A stretch of 62,654 nucleotides of DNA, counting the filler, from Choristocarpus tenellus KU-1152 (lineage: Eukaryota; Protista; Phaeophyceae), in NCBI GenBank assembly GCA_964200185.2. It is 10 parts of 10 records of this genome, joined end to end, with 100 filler letters (N's around TTAATTAATTAA, not from the genome) between each part and the next. Parts side by side here need not be neighbours in the genome. Positions count along the whole stretch, not along the records: positions 25,607 to 33,204 come from CAXNAD020005900.1; positions 33,305 to 42,392 come from CAXNAD020003996.1; 8 more parts are not named here. One strand, given 5' to 3'. Position numbers and translations under genes: made by a program. Shown here piece after piece: positions 25,863-39,053 of the stretch. Under the pieces are notes generated by a model. That model was not told the DNA's origin. It saw only the letters and a list, made by a program, of their open reading frames with translations, and searched no databases. Positions within the stretch are counted from its first letter, which is position 1, and every line of letters starts with the position of its first letter.

Positions 25863-27505
25863 CTGCCCATTAAGATATATACCTTGTGCTGCAGCTTCCC
25901 TATCCCCTTCAGTACTGTCTTGCCTACCTCCACATCCCCTGCAGACCCACCTCTCCGGCTCAGCGGCTCCCTTCACCCCCACACATGATGCATGGAATGA
26001 AGTGGAGCACGAAAAACACTCCACAGCTCGCTTTCGACCAATCCCCAGCAGGCACTGCGCGCACACACTCACACCACCTGGTACTGGAGAGGGCGCAATG
26101 GCAGTGGTAGATGCAGCTGGTGGAGTCGCTAACCCTAACCCTAACCCTAACCCTAACCCTAACCCTAACCCTGTAAGGGAATCATCACCACCGCTCAGGT
26201 TTGCAACGGACACATGTGAGGGAAGAGTCTTTTCACACTGGGTGCATCGCCAATTGCAAGGGGGTTTCTGGTAGAGGTGAGTGTAAAATCCCAAGCACCG
26301 GTTGTGGAAGCCCTTTTGGCAGGATACGCAAAATGTCCACCTCAAACTGGGCTGTCCGTACATGTCACACTGGTGGCACTTTTGCTTGGGCAAGCCCCCA
26401 GAAGTTCTGTTTCCTGGCCTGACAGAGCCCTCAGCAACGGATGTCATCCTCCAGACAGCGGTTGGGTTGCGCTGCACCTCTCCTGAGTTCCCCACAGGGG
26501 AAGTCACTGACCCAACACCGGTATAGCTCACAAATCGGTCTGGAGCCGAAGTCGCTGAGGGCGCCTCTGTTTCTACCCTTTTCCCGGTCCCATTGTCTTC
26601 TATTCCCGGGCGATTATTAACTGCACCCGATACACCTGCTCCAACCGAACTTCTTGCACTAGCAGTCATTGCACTCTTACTCGAGGTGGAGTTAGAAATG
26701 GTCGCTAGGCGAGAATGATCGACGGAGGTATCGTGAGCTGGGGCAGCAACAGCCTCGCCTGTACACCTAGATAAGGTGGGAAAGTAGACAGGATTAAAAG
26801 ATGTCAGCATTAGTACCACCGTAGAAGAAAGTGCAGCGATCGATAAACGAGGAGAGCAGAAGGCTATGTCAAGAATACTGGGTTGACCTCAAGTTGAATG
26901 GGCGACTGGAGTGTAGAGTGGGCACCAGTGGGGGACAATTACACCAAGAGAATCAAAAGCTGTCCGTCTTCCACAAAAGAGAGTGTTCATGTTCATTAAG
27001 TGAAAGCTCTACAATGCGACCGAGTTCGTATATTAATTGAGAACTTAGGGGATAGTTGTTGGTGTGGTGAGGGTTAGGTTGGGGGTGTTGTAGTGGATAT
27101 GTCTAGTACAGGCTGTCGGGCAAGGTGGGCAGGGTAGGTAAGAAAGCATGATCATACAAGGAAAAAAAATGAGAAAGAAAGGGCGATTGATGATATGCAA
27201 CCAGCACCAATTTCCAAAGTCGAGGAATGCATTGGGACAGGATCCTTCTTTGGGTCTTAAAGCAAAATAGCCATCTCCTGAGGTCAGTTATAGTTTGGAA
27301 ATCTTCCAGGCATAAAGCTGTCCACAACACAATCCTACGGAACTCTATTTATTCCTCAAATATCAGAGGAATCACATAGGACATCTCCTTGCCTGGCTAA
27401 GGATCGCCCTTGGCGTCATTGTTGCTGGTCACACTTCGAGTTCAAACTATACCATTTAGTAAAGCAAACGACATCGGATTCTTACCTAGAAGAATCAGTC
27501 TCCAT
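25863..27505 (-). CDS. Protein with two PHD fingers, 5' exons (27505-27486, 26766-25863), truncated by contig end
   Basis: METDSS-R|CTGEA splices in phase 2. Two C4HC3 motifs (CHQC..CVSC..FHNRC..WRCTQC and CAQC..CFSC..FHASC..WVCRGC). Donor CAG|GTGAGA. Confidence 0.85.
26131..26172. repeat. Interstitial telomere-type repeat (AACCCT)7, i.e. (TTAGGG)n on the coding strand
   Basis: Perfect hexamer array inside the PHD exon, encoding a (GL)n run. Confidence 0.95.
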
Positions 27506-27906
27506 TTCGTTCTGACCAACACCATCACCCTCTCCGCTTCTCGTACTCCTTGCAGTGGGTCATGCCCTCTCCCGTGTATCCTGGTCCTGCCCCTCCCTTG
27601 CCAAACCACCTGGTACCTCTTTTGAAAATATGTTGCAGATTGTAGATTAAAAATGTGTATGAATTCAGTCCTCAAAAAATCAACTCTACTCCGAAAATCA
27701 AATCAAATGCCCGCAAAGACACAAAATCGAAGATAAAATTTATCAATGAAATAATGTAGAAGATCTCTTTATTTTACGAATAAACATAACAAACAATCAA
27801 TGTGTATAATAGATGCTTGCGATACAATACAAGAATACAAGAGTAGTTGTACCTTAGTTTTAGTAGTGCATTGTTCCAGTTCGAGTTATGTAGGGTAACA
27901 AATAGT

Positions 27907-28342
27907 ATGGGAAGGTTTTCACCAACACCCGCCACCCTTACCTTGTTAGGGGTCTCCCTAACAGCTGCAGCTGTCATTGCTTTTGTGCACCATGACCAAA
28001 AGCGGGAGAGAGAGGTAAATTCCCATTCGGGTATGGAATGCTTGATTGGTGTTAGTGTGGACTTTGTATTCACAGAGGAAGGCTGAGTGGAAGGTTGACC
28101 CAATGATGAGAGTGTTTGGGATCAGGTTATTATCTCGTAGGGGTCCCTTCGACTTGCCGTATTTGTTTTTCCGATGAATGTCCACCACCATGGTCGAAGG
28201 AGCATGCACCCTACGTCTGCTCACCCCAGCATGTCCACCTTGCAATGATCAGGTTATGCACATGGGAGTATTGCGGGACATCGAACGCGATGAGGCGAAT
28301 CAGAGGCAACGGCAAGGACAGAAAGCTGGTGGTAGTGCGTAA
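27907..28342 (+). CDS. PET117: Cytochrome c oxidase assembly factor PET117 (exons 27907-28014, 28253-28342)
   Basis: MGRFSPTPATLTLLGVSLTAAAVIAFVHHDQKRERE|VMHMGVLRDIERDEANQ...: single TM segment plus the VH..Q..ER..MH.GV.RD.ER PET117 signature; phase-0 intron. Confidence 0.9.
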
Positions 28343-28734
28343 AGAGAGGAGAATCGATTCGAGTGGATCGATCAGAAATACACTGCATGGTAGGAATAGA
28401 ACCCTTTGGAGGTGGACAGGGAGAAGGATTGGGTGTTTAGCACTGCTGGAGACAAGAACAAGACCCTCTTATATTTGGCCATTACTACTGAGATGACAAA
28501 TTATAGGATCATCTGGAGGCCACCACGGCGTGAAATATTTTGCGAGGTACGGTCAGGACGGGGGAAATCTCGCAGGCGCTAGAATATTCATGGAGAAAAT
28601 ATACACATTCCTATTGAAAAGTGATTGGACGAGTGTTTTACAATCTGCGCGCTTCTGTAGTGTATGGACTTCCAAAGGAATGAGGTATCTTCGTATTGCT
28701 GACAATGACACTGCGGTGTGCAGCAACCTGGTTC

Positions 28735-31446
28735 TCATCCCTCCTTTGAGTCACGTGTGTCTCCACCCTTTTCCAGGTAGAGGCTTGCCATCCCCCAGTG
28801 AATGACCTCGCCTGCCAACTTGATGCGAAGTTTCGTATCTTCCTGTAAGCGGTGTGCCTCCTCTTCCCAAGATTCTGTAACAGCCTTATGAAGGACCTTT
28901 CATTGAAGTAAGATTTGTGTTCAATTTGTGTAATGGGACATAGGTTTTCAATGGTTAGCCAATCGGAAAAACTAATTTGATGTGCAGAGGTTTAAGTTCC
29001 TGGCATTCAGACACATTTCCAGTCGCGATTTCACTAAAGTTTCTAGGATACACCTATATTCAAGTGGGATGTTCCATAGTGGAGGACAAGAAGGACAAAA
29101 AAATTCAAGGATCGCTAGTCTCTACAGCAACTTTACAGACAAATATTGTCGAGTGTGAGAACAAGATGAAGGGTATACGGATGTGATGTTGTTCGTCAGA
29201 GTCGAAATCTCATCCCGCATTGACACTAGCAGACGGTCTCCCCAGCTCATGGTTTGTGTAACGTGTTTGCCTGCTTTGTTTTTGCATCTTATTTACCAGT
29301 AGAAATGCACAACAACAAAAATCTTCCTGCTTGCCACTAATGCCTCCACATGTTTTATCTTTACGAATAATTAAGTTTCCAATTGGTTTGCCAGGAACTA
29401 TCTCTACTTTGTAGCTTACACTCGTACTGGCAGTTACATATATCTGTACATGAAAAATAGATCAAGAAGCAACACCTTACACAGTTCACTCACAACATAA
29501 CTCTTGAGGACTGGAAATTTAGTTCACCAGTTCTTCATCAATCTAGGTATGAAAAAGATAGGCATAGACCACTCCTCCTGGTGCTGAGGATCAGCGTTAG
29601 GGTTAGTCAGAGTCACCCCCATTTTGAGCAAATAGGAGTTTGATGGTAGGTAGGAATAGTTTCAAGCTCCGCATGTTTTGGATGTGCCTTGTCTTCCATG
29701 ACGGCCTTCTTTGACCATCCTTCGCCAGTGATTGTGATTCTTGGGGTTGCAGCTTGGTAGACAGACAAACACTTTGACTGCCATAATATCATTGCTTTTA
29801 ACCTTGGTAAGTACAAGTAATAGCTAAGGTGGATGGGGTCACCATATATTGATTGAAGTATCACCTGTCCATCCCCACCAGTGAAAACAACAGTGAGATA
29901 TTTCCCCTTGTCTTGCTCCTTCCACTGGGAGTGCTGCCAGTCCCTGATGAAACCCATAATACCATCCACAATTGTCCACATCACTCCTGACTGAATGCCC
30001 CCAACAGTGCTCATAGCCCATCTGCCTCAGAGGTAAAGTTACCGTTGTCCAAGGACATTCGGCAGATAAGGTAATGGAGTGTTAAAAGACTTGAGGGGAG
30101 GTTTTTGCGAGGGGAGGTTTTTGCATGTATCATACCAACAGCACATGTCACTTGCAACATGCATCTCCAAGCTTATTTGACCACAAAATGTATTTGGTTG
30201 AGGGGGTGGTAAAATGACACCTTTGTGGGGCCTCCAGGTTGGAGTAGGTGGAAGTTGCAATCCCAAACAAATTGAGAACATACCACTACAGAAATGTTTG
30301 AAGAGAAGGGGAGAACAAAAGAATTAGACGTGTACATTTACAATTTGGAGGACATGCACCCAACAGGAACATGAAATCACTTGAAGCAGCAGAAAAATAC
30401 AACAGTTTCTGAAGCTAAGCACCATCGACAAAAACGCGGAACATGAGAGGAGACGATCAACAATGTCCCTTTACAAAAACACATTTTTCCCCTAACCTAA
30501 ATGCAATGAATGGGAAAGCTGCAGGAATGGGGTACATTTAATGAGAGGCGGTGCTTCTACTCTGTATTGCCTTGCCTTGGTGGAAGGGTATCAGGAAGAG
30601 AAACGATTGGGAGCTGTGCTGTGTGGCTACCCAACGACATAAGCTGTAGACGTACTCCCGGTAGAATGGCACCCCCTCCTAAGCATCTCTCTCGATTCCC
30701 AGCTGTGAATGTGAGAGCGCTACCGCAATCGACAACCAGCACCGGCCAGCCCCTGATAGGACATCAACAGAAACACGGATTACAGATCAAACATGGTATG
30801 TGTGTGAGGATTACCTACACTTGGAGGATTCTCCAGTACACACCACACTATGTCTCCTTCTCCTTTCCTAAACAAAGGGAAAGAAGACAAGACTTACCAT
30901 TTATATGCTGCACCCCTGACCGCCAGTGCCCTATCCACTCCGAGGGTCGGGTACCCATCAATGCCTGAGATAACATCACCTGGAATGATCGGCACTAGCC
31001 CAGGGAACCGCTCGATCCACCGGTTCATCTCTGCAGGCACGACAGATGCCACCCGGAATCGATTATGGGCATGAGTCGGCAACGTAAAATTCCCCTGAAA
31101 GGACTCTTTATCTACATGCTTTGGTGGCTTACACCTTGTTTGTGGGATAGGGAGTAAGTAAAATGGAGAGATCGGATAAGAGAGGCAGCTTCTTCTTTTG
31201 AAATAATCCACAAGAGTCAACAAACACTCGCATCATATGGCATACTCACACCAAAAGTTCTGCCTCTTGCAATAGTTCTTTCGCAGTGTGAGGGAGGAAG
31301 CGCGAGGGCAGGCCATCCTCATCATAATTGGCATTAATTGCCAAGTGATCAGAGTCCCACGACTCAAGCACCTTGTCCTCGGAAAGGACTGCCCAATGAA
31401 GTCGGCTATTGCCAATCATCAGGCTCAACCAAATGCGGTCATACAT
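28735..31446 (-). CDS. coaX: Type III pantothenate kinase (CoaX), cyanobacterial-like, 5 exons (31446-31250, 31134-30898, 30752-30576, 30021-29865, 28896-28735)
   Basis: Motifs in order: [73 protein letters not shown]. Splice phases are all compatible. Confidence 0.92.
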
Positions 31447-31652
31447 GACTACTTGTGCAGGGTGGAGCGATAATGATAGGATGTTGTTGAAGTGATATTT
31501 GTGAATGTTCAATGTATTGTCAGTACAACACAAGCAAGAAAGAAGGCGGTGTAATCAACATGAAACGTAATGTTTTTGTCTCCAAACCTCCTCTCACACT
31601 GCACACCACACCACACCACACCACCCACACATCACGAAGGTTCGTGTTCAAG

Positions 31653-32981
31653 ATGATTACCTGTGAGACTGGAGGAAGTGGTAGAGTGTGCTTTGGATCA
31701 GGTGGGTTAAACGCATACATCCCACGACAAAGGGGAGATCTGCAAAAGTCCCCACATTATCTCGATCAACAACTCGTATCCCAGAAGCCGAATACAACCA
31801 TTCCTTCATTCTTTCCTATCACCACGAACAACCCAGGTGATGAGGGAATACAACAGCTCTCGGATGCTCTGACGACTACCGAATCAATCACAGGCATCAA
31901 TCTAGTCGACATTGATTTAACGGGGGAAAGGGCGGCGGTGTTGAGTGAAGCCCTCAAGGTCAACCACTCTGTCACCACTCTAGACTGCTCTCGTAATCGA
32001 CGGGTTGGTGACGAGGGCGTTGAAAGTTTGAGTTCTGCGCTCCGTACGGACGGGGCCACTATCACAGTTTTGCAATGTTTGCACCTGGGTCGCTGTGGTA
32101 TTGGAGACATTGGTGAGACAAAGCACGCGGAAAATAGTTCCACTACCAATGATTTGTCGAAGACTTACGGTTGTTTCACCTTGTATCTCCCAGGCTTCAA
32201 CCCCTCCTCTGCCGCTTTAGTTGAATATCGCTTTGCCATTAAGATCTTTTGGGACAGGTGGCATTATATGCAATACTCAAAGAATTAACAGGAAGTAAAT
32301 TTAGCAATGGCAATGGCAAGTGGTTGACGCAGACAATTTACAGAACGTATGACAGAGTTACATCACATTCACTCTCTACCACTCAATCTCTTTGTTAAAC
32401 CATGATCCATACAATAACGCTGGCACTTACCTATCAGGCGCCAGTACGATCGGCTCAGTGCTTGTTGGAAATTCTATGCTGCAACAGCTCAACCTCACAG
32501 GCAATGGCATTGGAGATTTCGGAGCTGGAGCAATAATGGGAGCTCTTGTTGGGATTAACAAGGGATACCTCAAGGAATTGTGGCTAGGCAGGTTTGTCAG
32601 GTCTTTCATTTAATCGGTATATCCATAATACAATGTTGTGCTTTCAAATAGATCAATTCTCTTGAGGGAGAAATAAGAGGGGGGAGGAGGAGAAAGAAAG
32701 CACGAGACAATGAGACAGGATAATTATTAAGCTTGACAGGAAGGTATCAAGTAGACATATTTGGCTGTTCTTCCCCTCATATATAGCCGCCAACAAAACT
32801 CAGGATCCCTTACCTTCTCAGTAATCAAATTGGACCCAAGGGTACAAAGAGCATAGGAGATGCTCTTGCTAAGTCTCCTCATCTTCGTCAGCTGCATCTA
32901 TCAGGAAACAAGATTGGCGACTTGGGTATCAAGGCACTCATTGCTGGGGCTACTACAGGACAAACCTTGACAGGCAAATAA
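31653..32981 (+). CDS. RNI-like (NLRC3/RanGAP-type) leucine-rich repeat protein (exons ~31653-31680, 31837-32112, 32438-32591, 32822-32981)
   Basis: ~28-aa repeats such as LxxLxLxxNxIGDxGAxxL (LQQLNLTGNGIGDFGAGAI; LRQLHLSGNKIGDLGIKAL). First exon and 3' end are uncertain. Confidence 0.8.
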
Positions 32982-33413
32982 AAACTGAAGACTTAGAGAG
33001 CACACATCATACGTAGGTGTAGGATGACTCTAGACCTTTTAACTAATCTCAATATTTCGGGATATGGAATATAGTGCAAAGAGAAACATGTAACGAATTT
33101 TATCGTAGATTGCCTGTACAATAGATGTGTGCAAATTACCTTAGGAGGTAATGCTATTTCTCAGTAGTGAAGATAAGAGAGTGTGAAGCCTCACACGACC
33201 CCCTNNNNNNNNNNNNNNNNNNNNNNNNNNNNNNNNNNNNNNNNNNNNTTAATTAATTAANNNNNNNNNNNNNNNNNNNNNNNNNNNNNNNNNNNNNNNN
33301 NNNNGTCCTGTCAACCCGACTCTCACGGGCTGACTGCCCTCTCCCCCTCCCCATCCCCATCCCCATCCCCCTCCCCCTCCCCCTCCCCCTTCTGATGACT
33401 CTTGACATGGCAG

Positions 33414-34511
33414 GATGAGGATGATGCTGTGGCGGTGAGTGATATTGTGGCACCTGAGCATCTGGAGGTCCAGACAAGGGACTCCCAGGCAGTTGCAGAC
33501 CGGTGAGTCCCCCCCGTGTATGCCCTTTCCCTAAGTGCCTTGTATGGGGTGTATAGGTATGTAATGAAAGTGGCATTGTTGTCCTTGGGAGTGTACTAAT
33601 TCAGGCACAAGAATACGTTGCAGAGCTTTCCCAGAAATTTCACCAGCTGTTTGATGTCTTTGTGATCATGAGTGCTAATGAAATCGTTTCCTCGCCTTTC
33701 TTGTTCTTCTGTTCCCATGTCCCCACCCCAAATTGTTACACACATACTAATGTATCTGATTGTCTCCTGACTAGGTGCTTGAACTATGGTGGGCTCTTCA
33801 TTGGTGGGGGTGCTGCAGAGGTTCTTGGTGACTATGGAGCTGGTCCCAACCATGTCCTGCCCACTGGGGGGACAGCAAGGTGAGAACAACTATTGGTGTT
33901 TGATGCTTCCGTATTGTATATATATATATATGTAGTCTCATAGTTTTACTTCAAGCCTCTTTAAAGTATTACGAGCTTTTAGAATCATGTTTGCCTTGTG
34001 TCTGTAATGACCAACTTCTCTTGTCTCCACCCCCAATCCTCTTCCTGTCAGGACTTATCTCTTGACATACATTAGTAAGTGCATGGCCCAGTGGTTGTCC
34101 TTTCATCATTCTTGTGTACATGAGGTTATTATGGATTTTGTTCAGTGCCATAGCCTCATTCCATCTCATACATTTTGTGCGCACTCCTTACTGCCTTGTT
34201 GTCTCTAAAGGTGGCAATTATCCTCCCTATAGATATACTCCGAAGTACATTCACCAGAGAGGTGATGAGGTCTGTGATCACGCCTCCCAATGTTCCTGCA
34301 TTTGACTTTGATATCCTGAAGGAGTACCTTGCTCTTGTATGCTACAGTGCAGTAGTTGACATGTCGCAGGACAACCTCAGTCAGTCCTCTTACTTGCTCT
34401 CAAAGGCTCAAAGTATCGGGGAGGGGGGGGGGGGGGGGGGGGGGGGTTTGTCTTTGGGTTGCTTTTTTTTTATTTGCTGTTTTTTTGTTTGTGTGGCTGG
34501 TGTGGGGGGGT

Positions 34512-34561
<50 letters not shown>

Positions 34562-36893
34562 CTCTGTCCATTTGGGGCCTAATTTTCCATGTCGCAATTT
34601 TTGTGTGATTTGGTTGCATACATCGGGTGGATAATGTAAGTGCACTTCACCTGGTCAAGGCCCAAATGGATACCCTGGTGTATACCCCCCCCCCCCCCCC
34701 CCCCCCCAGATTTCTGCCAAAGGGCGTTTTTTTTTTTTTATGAAATTAAAAGATGGGGGGGGGGGGGGGGTGGGTNNNNNNNNNNCCCCCTCCCTCAGAT
34801 GATTTGAGCCAAAGGCTCTTGTCTATTAATGAGTCAAATCAAGTGAGTGGTAGGGTTAGGGTTGTATTGTGCACTTCCCAAGAAAGGGCAAGAATGGTTC
34901 ATTTAGTACAGTTGCAGAATGGGCCTTTGGTGAATTTTGGTGTGACTTGTGTGTAGGAAGGGGGTATATCAGTTTGGCGTACACTTTTGTACACAGGCAA
35001 TGAAATAGAGTATTCTGCAAAGGGTAAGAAAGATTACTTAGAATGAAAAAGTGACCAACCTGCCTACCTCTCAATTGCCTGTGCTCAATGTCTACATTAA
35101 TAGTACAACCTGGTATCTGTGGTGTATCAAGATCATCAGTTTTTGTCTTGTCCTACACACACCTAATTCTGATGCCAACTCAATCAATCCTTCGATAAAG
35201 CCATCACCCTCCGTACACAACTCACTGTGGAGTATTTAGAACATTTTTAGTGCACAACTGTTTCTGCTTCCCTGAAACCACCTACTCCATGCCAACCCCA
35301 ATCGATTTCCCCATAAACTCATCACTAATATTGTATTGTAATCCCCCCCCTCCCCCCCTCCCGTTTGCTGTTGTGATACGATTAGATACACTGGTGGTTT
35401 GTCAGTGTTGAACTTCTTACGTGTCCGAACATGGATGAGGATCGATGACAAAGACGCCTCCCAGGATCTTGTGAGGTGAGAGAGAGAGGTAGAGCAGAGA
35501 GCGGGAGGGGGGGGGGAAGGGGGGTAGCCTTGTTTTCTATAAGTAGAGGCCTCTTGCGTAGAGTGTATCCTGGGGTTGGAATAACACAATTTACTCCTTG
35601 TAGAGTATGATGGCTATCATCGTGACTAGAAACAGTTTCTTGAATTGATGCATTAATATTAATAGTGCAATCAACTGAATTGAATAAAATTGTTTTTTGA
35701 AGGATCTAGTGCCCCTTGGTTTGCCGGGCTTATCACCCTTTTCCCTCCTCTATACATTACCCTCTAAAAGAAGTGATCCTCAAGCGTAAACTAGAGTGAA
35801 ACATGGCGGGCCTTTTTCTTCTGTATGAATTGGAAAAATCATGGAGGTTGACCTGGACTGTGAAAAAAAAAAAATCAAGTGATACGAGGCAAGAGGCATT
35901 TTGCATTAGACCAGTAACCCGTCAAAATATTACTTTATTTAAGACTGAGTGACAAAGGTATGATCTTTGGTACTGCATTGCCTGTTCTTCTTGATGGGGG
36001 GGGGTGGACCAGCTTTTTTATGGGGATACATGGTGTTCATGTTCTGCCCACGTCTCATAAAGAACGGCTGCAGTGAAGTAGGAGTGGTTTTGTTAGAGAG
36101 TTGGTCTTGCTTATCAGTGGTTTGCTAGAATGCAGGAAATATTATCACCTTCAAGATATGTGTACGTTAAGTGCACTTTCTCTTTCTGTATTGTATGTGC
36201 AGACATGTACCCAGGAGTGCCTACGCATCAATTTGTGAAAAGCAACCAATACTGTGTGGGCTGTGAGAACAGCAAGTGAAGTTGGAACTTTAGTGATTAG
36301 ATGATTTCGGTTCAAAATTTTCAAGAATGTGTAGAGATCTTGTTGGGGTCGTTAAGTGCTTGAAGTATTTTACTTGTAATGCACTCTTTCTTTTTTCTAA
36401 GTCCTTCACCCCCAGTAAACCTGTCCCTGAGTTATGATTTTTTATTTATGTATGTATAGGACTGTCTCTATGTGTCCTGTTCCACCGTTCCCATGTCTCC
36501 CCCTAGGCTCAAAGTATCTGGGGGGGTGGCGGCTGTCCATTTGGGACCAATCTTTTCATGTCTCAGTTTTTGTGTTTTTTGTGTGATTTGGTTGCATACA
36601 TCGGATGGATAATAAAGTGTACTTTACCTGGTTTTGGTCCAAATGGACACCCTGGTGTAGCCCCCCCCCCCCCCCCCCCCCCCCCCCAGATACTTTGGGT
36701 CCCTAGTGCTTTCGCCGCCCCCCAACACCTCTACCCCACATTTCACAACTCCAAGAGTGAACCCTGACATGATGGTGACATTAAAACCCACTCTCTACTG
36801 CCTTCCAGGGATGCTGTACACCTGGCGCGCATGGAGGGGTTAGAGGGACATGCAAGGGCAGCTGAGTGCCGGCTGATTGAACCAACCAACTGA
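33414..36893 (+). CDS. hisD: Histidinol dehydrogenase, last four exons (33414-33502, 33775-33879, 35386-35475, 36809-36893)
   Basis: [24 protein letters not shown]|[21 protein letters not shown]: canonical HisD motifs in phase-compatible exons. Confidence 0.95.
34405..34810 (+). mobile_element. MITE family A copy in hisD intron (low-quality, poly-G inflated)
   Basis: GGCTCAAAGTATC start, internal body at 34563-34710, end GATTTGAGCC|aaa. Confidence 0.7.
36506..36701 (+). mobile_element. MITE family A, full copy in hisD intron, flank repeat CCTA
   Basis: ccta|GGCTCAAAGTATCTGGG...CCCAGATACTTTGGGTC|ccta. Confidence 0.9.
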
Positions 36894-39053
36894 GTAGAGT
36901 CTTCTTGTTGTGTATCCTTTTTTGTCATGTGGTGACCTTTCTTTTGTTGTTACTGATCTGACGCAAAGGGGGTACAGGGCAGTCTGACGATATGGTACGG
37001 ATTATGTCTTCAGTGCTGCAAATCATGACAAGTTTATGAAGTGGATAGGTTTTTGTCAAGAAGTAGGTGGTGTTTACAGGTGGAAAATTACGGTTGGTTG
37101 GGTTTTCTTTTTTTTCCGGCAGCTTCAGCAGTGCACACATAGGAGCATACCCTGCTCAATAACTGTTAGAGTTAGGGCTTAGATATTTTTTTTAGACTCC
37201 CACTACATTGGCAAGAGAATTTTCTACAATTTGTGAGGCTCAAGAGTATAGCTGGAAGCTCCTGGAGACTTACTTTCCTGTGCAACTGCGCTAGATATAC
37301 CTCTTATCAAGACTTATTTGCACTTAATCCTTTTTTAACATGTCTTGGCCAAAGCATGGGTTATTTGTCTGTGACAGGAGATAGTATGTCGGATGCTTTC
37401 TAAACAATGATATATCCTAGGCAAGAAAGAGCTCACACTAGTTAGTGTGAATCAGTTTTTCAGAGTCTCTCACCATTGGAGTGGTCTTCTTTTGCCTTGA
37501 ACCTGAAGCTTGTGGGCACTTTTTGATTCAGTGGATTATTTTTTTTGCTTCATATTGATATTTGAACAGTTACGAACATAGTGATACTTCTTGTCTTTTT
37601 AGTCTCATTTATAATTTACACTACCTGACCTTTGAAGGAAAGTAGAATGGTGAAGACAGACATAATGGGTGACTTGAGCCTCACCCCCACCCCCACCCAC
37701 CCACCCCATGACGTGCTTTGCACAGCTTGCTTGCTTTTGGTTCTCCGACATGCTGTGTGCGTTGTGATTTATCCCATAGAGAGGTTAATAGAAGCTGGAT
37801 GAAACTGATAGTGTTGACTGATGATATATCCCTTTGCTTCACACCATGCATACCTATGAAGCTGTTGTCTGCTTCTGTTTAGGATACAGGTATATATTGT
37901 GTATGTATGAGAGCACTGTGTATTTCCGCTGAGTATGTGTGTGTTATTTTGCTTGAAATGATTGAAGTGCATGAAAATTTCCTCCAAGTCTGTATTAATT
38001 ATTTTTCACTTTCTGGTTTGTAACTGATTTCACTGAGAACGATGGTGGTGCATTCACAAGGCACACACCAGTTAACAGTTTGTATTCACTCAATGACCAA
38101 ACATTTAACTTAGGGAGGTGTTCAGGAATCTATTTATTTGAATATTTAAAAGAAGCTTTCCACTATACCCCCCTTGGTTTTGTGTCTTTGAGTAATGTAT
38201 TGGGAATGTCAACACACAGGCCCCCTCCCTAGTTGAGACAACCTAATGTATTTCTCAGTGAGGACCAACAGGAACCTAGTCAGTCCTTGGTATTGTACCA
38301 TTTCTTTGGTCTTTGGACTAGCGAGGGGGTTGTAGTGGTTAAAAATTGTGCCAAGTACAGTATTCACTATTGCTTTTGCTTGGTTTACCCCAAGGCTTTA
38401 GAAGAATTAAAGAAAATCTCAACAAAGCGAAACTCTGTGTAATGAAGCAATAATTTCTTCCTTCCAAATCAAGCAAAACGAGTGGAATATATCACTCAAT
38501 ATAACCTAAACACCATCATCTCTTGTACATCGAACAGTAATGTACCTTGAGGCTAATCAAAATAAACTCCCCAATGGTAGATGGTGAGGACCTCGATCAC
38601 CTTTCCCACCTTCTACTTTTAAGTTGCTGGACACCACTGGTATCAGTTTCCTGTGATTACACATCTTACACTTGACTGGGGGAACTGTTCCTCTGGCGTG
38701 GTTGCTACCAGGGTACGTGCATGGGTATCTCTGTGAGTGTGTTTCGTAAATACACACTTAAGTTACGCCATGGACAGTAGAATATGGTGTGGAATGGTCA
38801 AGAATCAAAACTTCAAAATATATGTGTCATGTGGTGTATTAACCACCTATCCTTTTCCATACACCACTTCCAGTTGTTGAGTGCATTAACTTCAACAAGA
38901 TCAGGGGATAAATAAAAAAATCAACCTTTTTAATTTTCTCCACTCTCCTTCAACGAGCTGTAAGTACACATAGAAAAATAAATAATATACATTGAAGATC
39001 ACATAGAAGAGGCAGGGATTCAAATGTATCCCATCCATTTGCTCTTGCTCCTT

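Noticed and set aside
34175-34785. Poly-Gly/poly-Pro ORFs (also 54349-54636, 58193-58596)
   Set aside because: Homopolymer-inflated low-quality sequence next to gaps.
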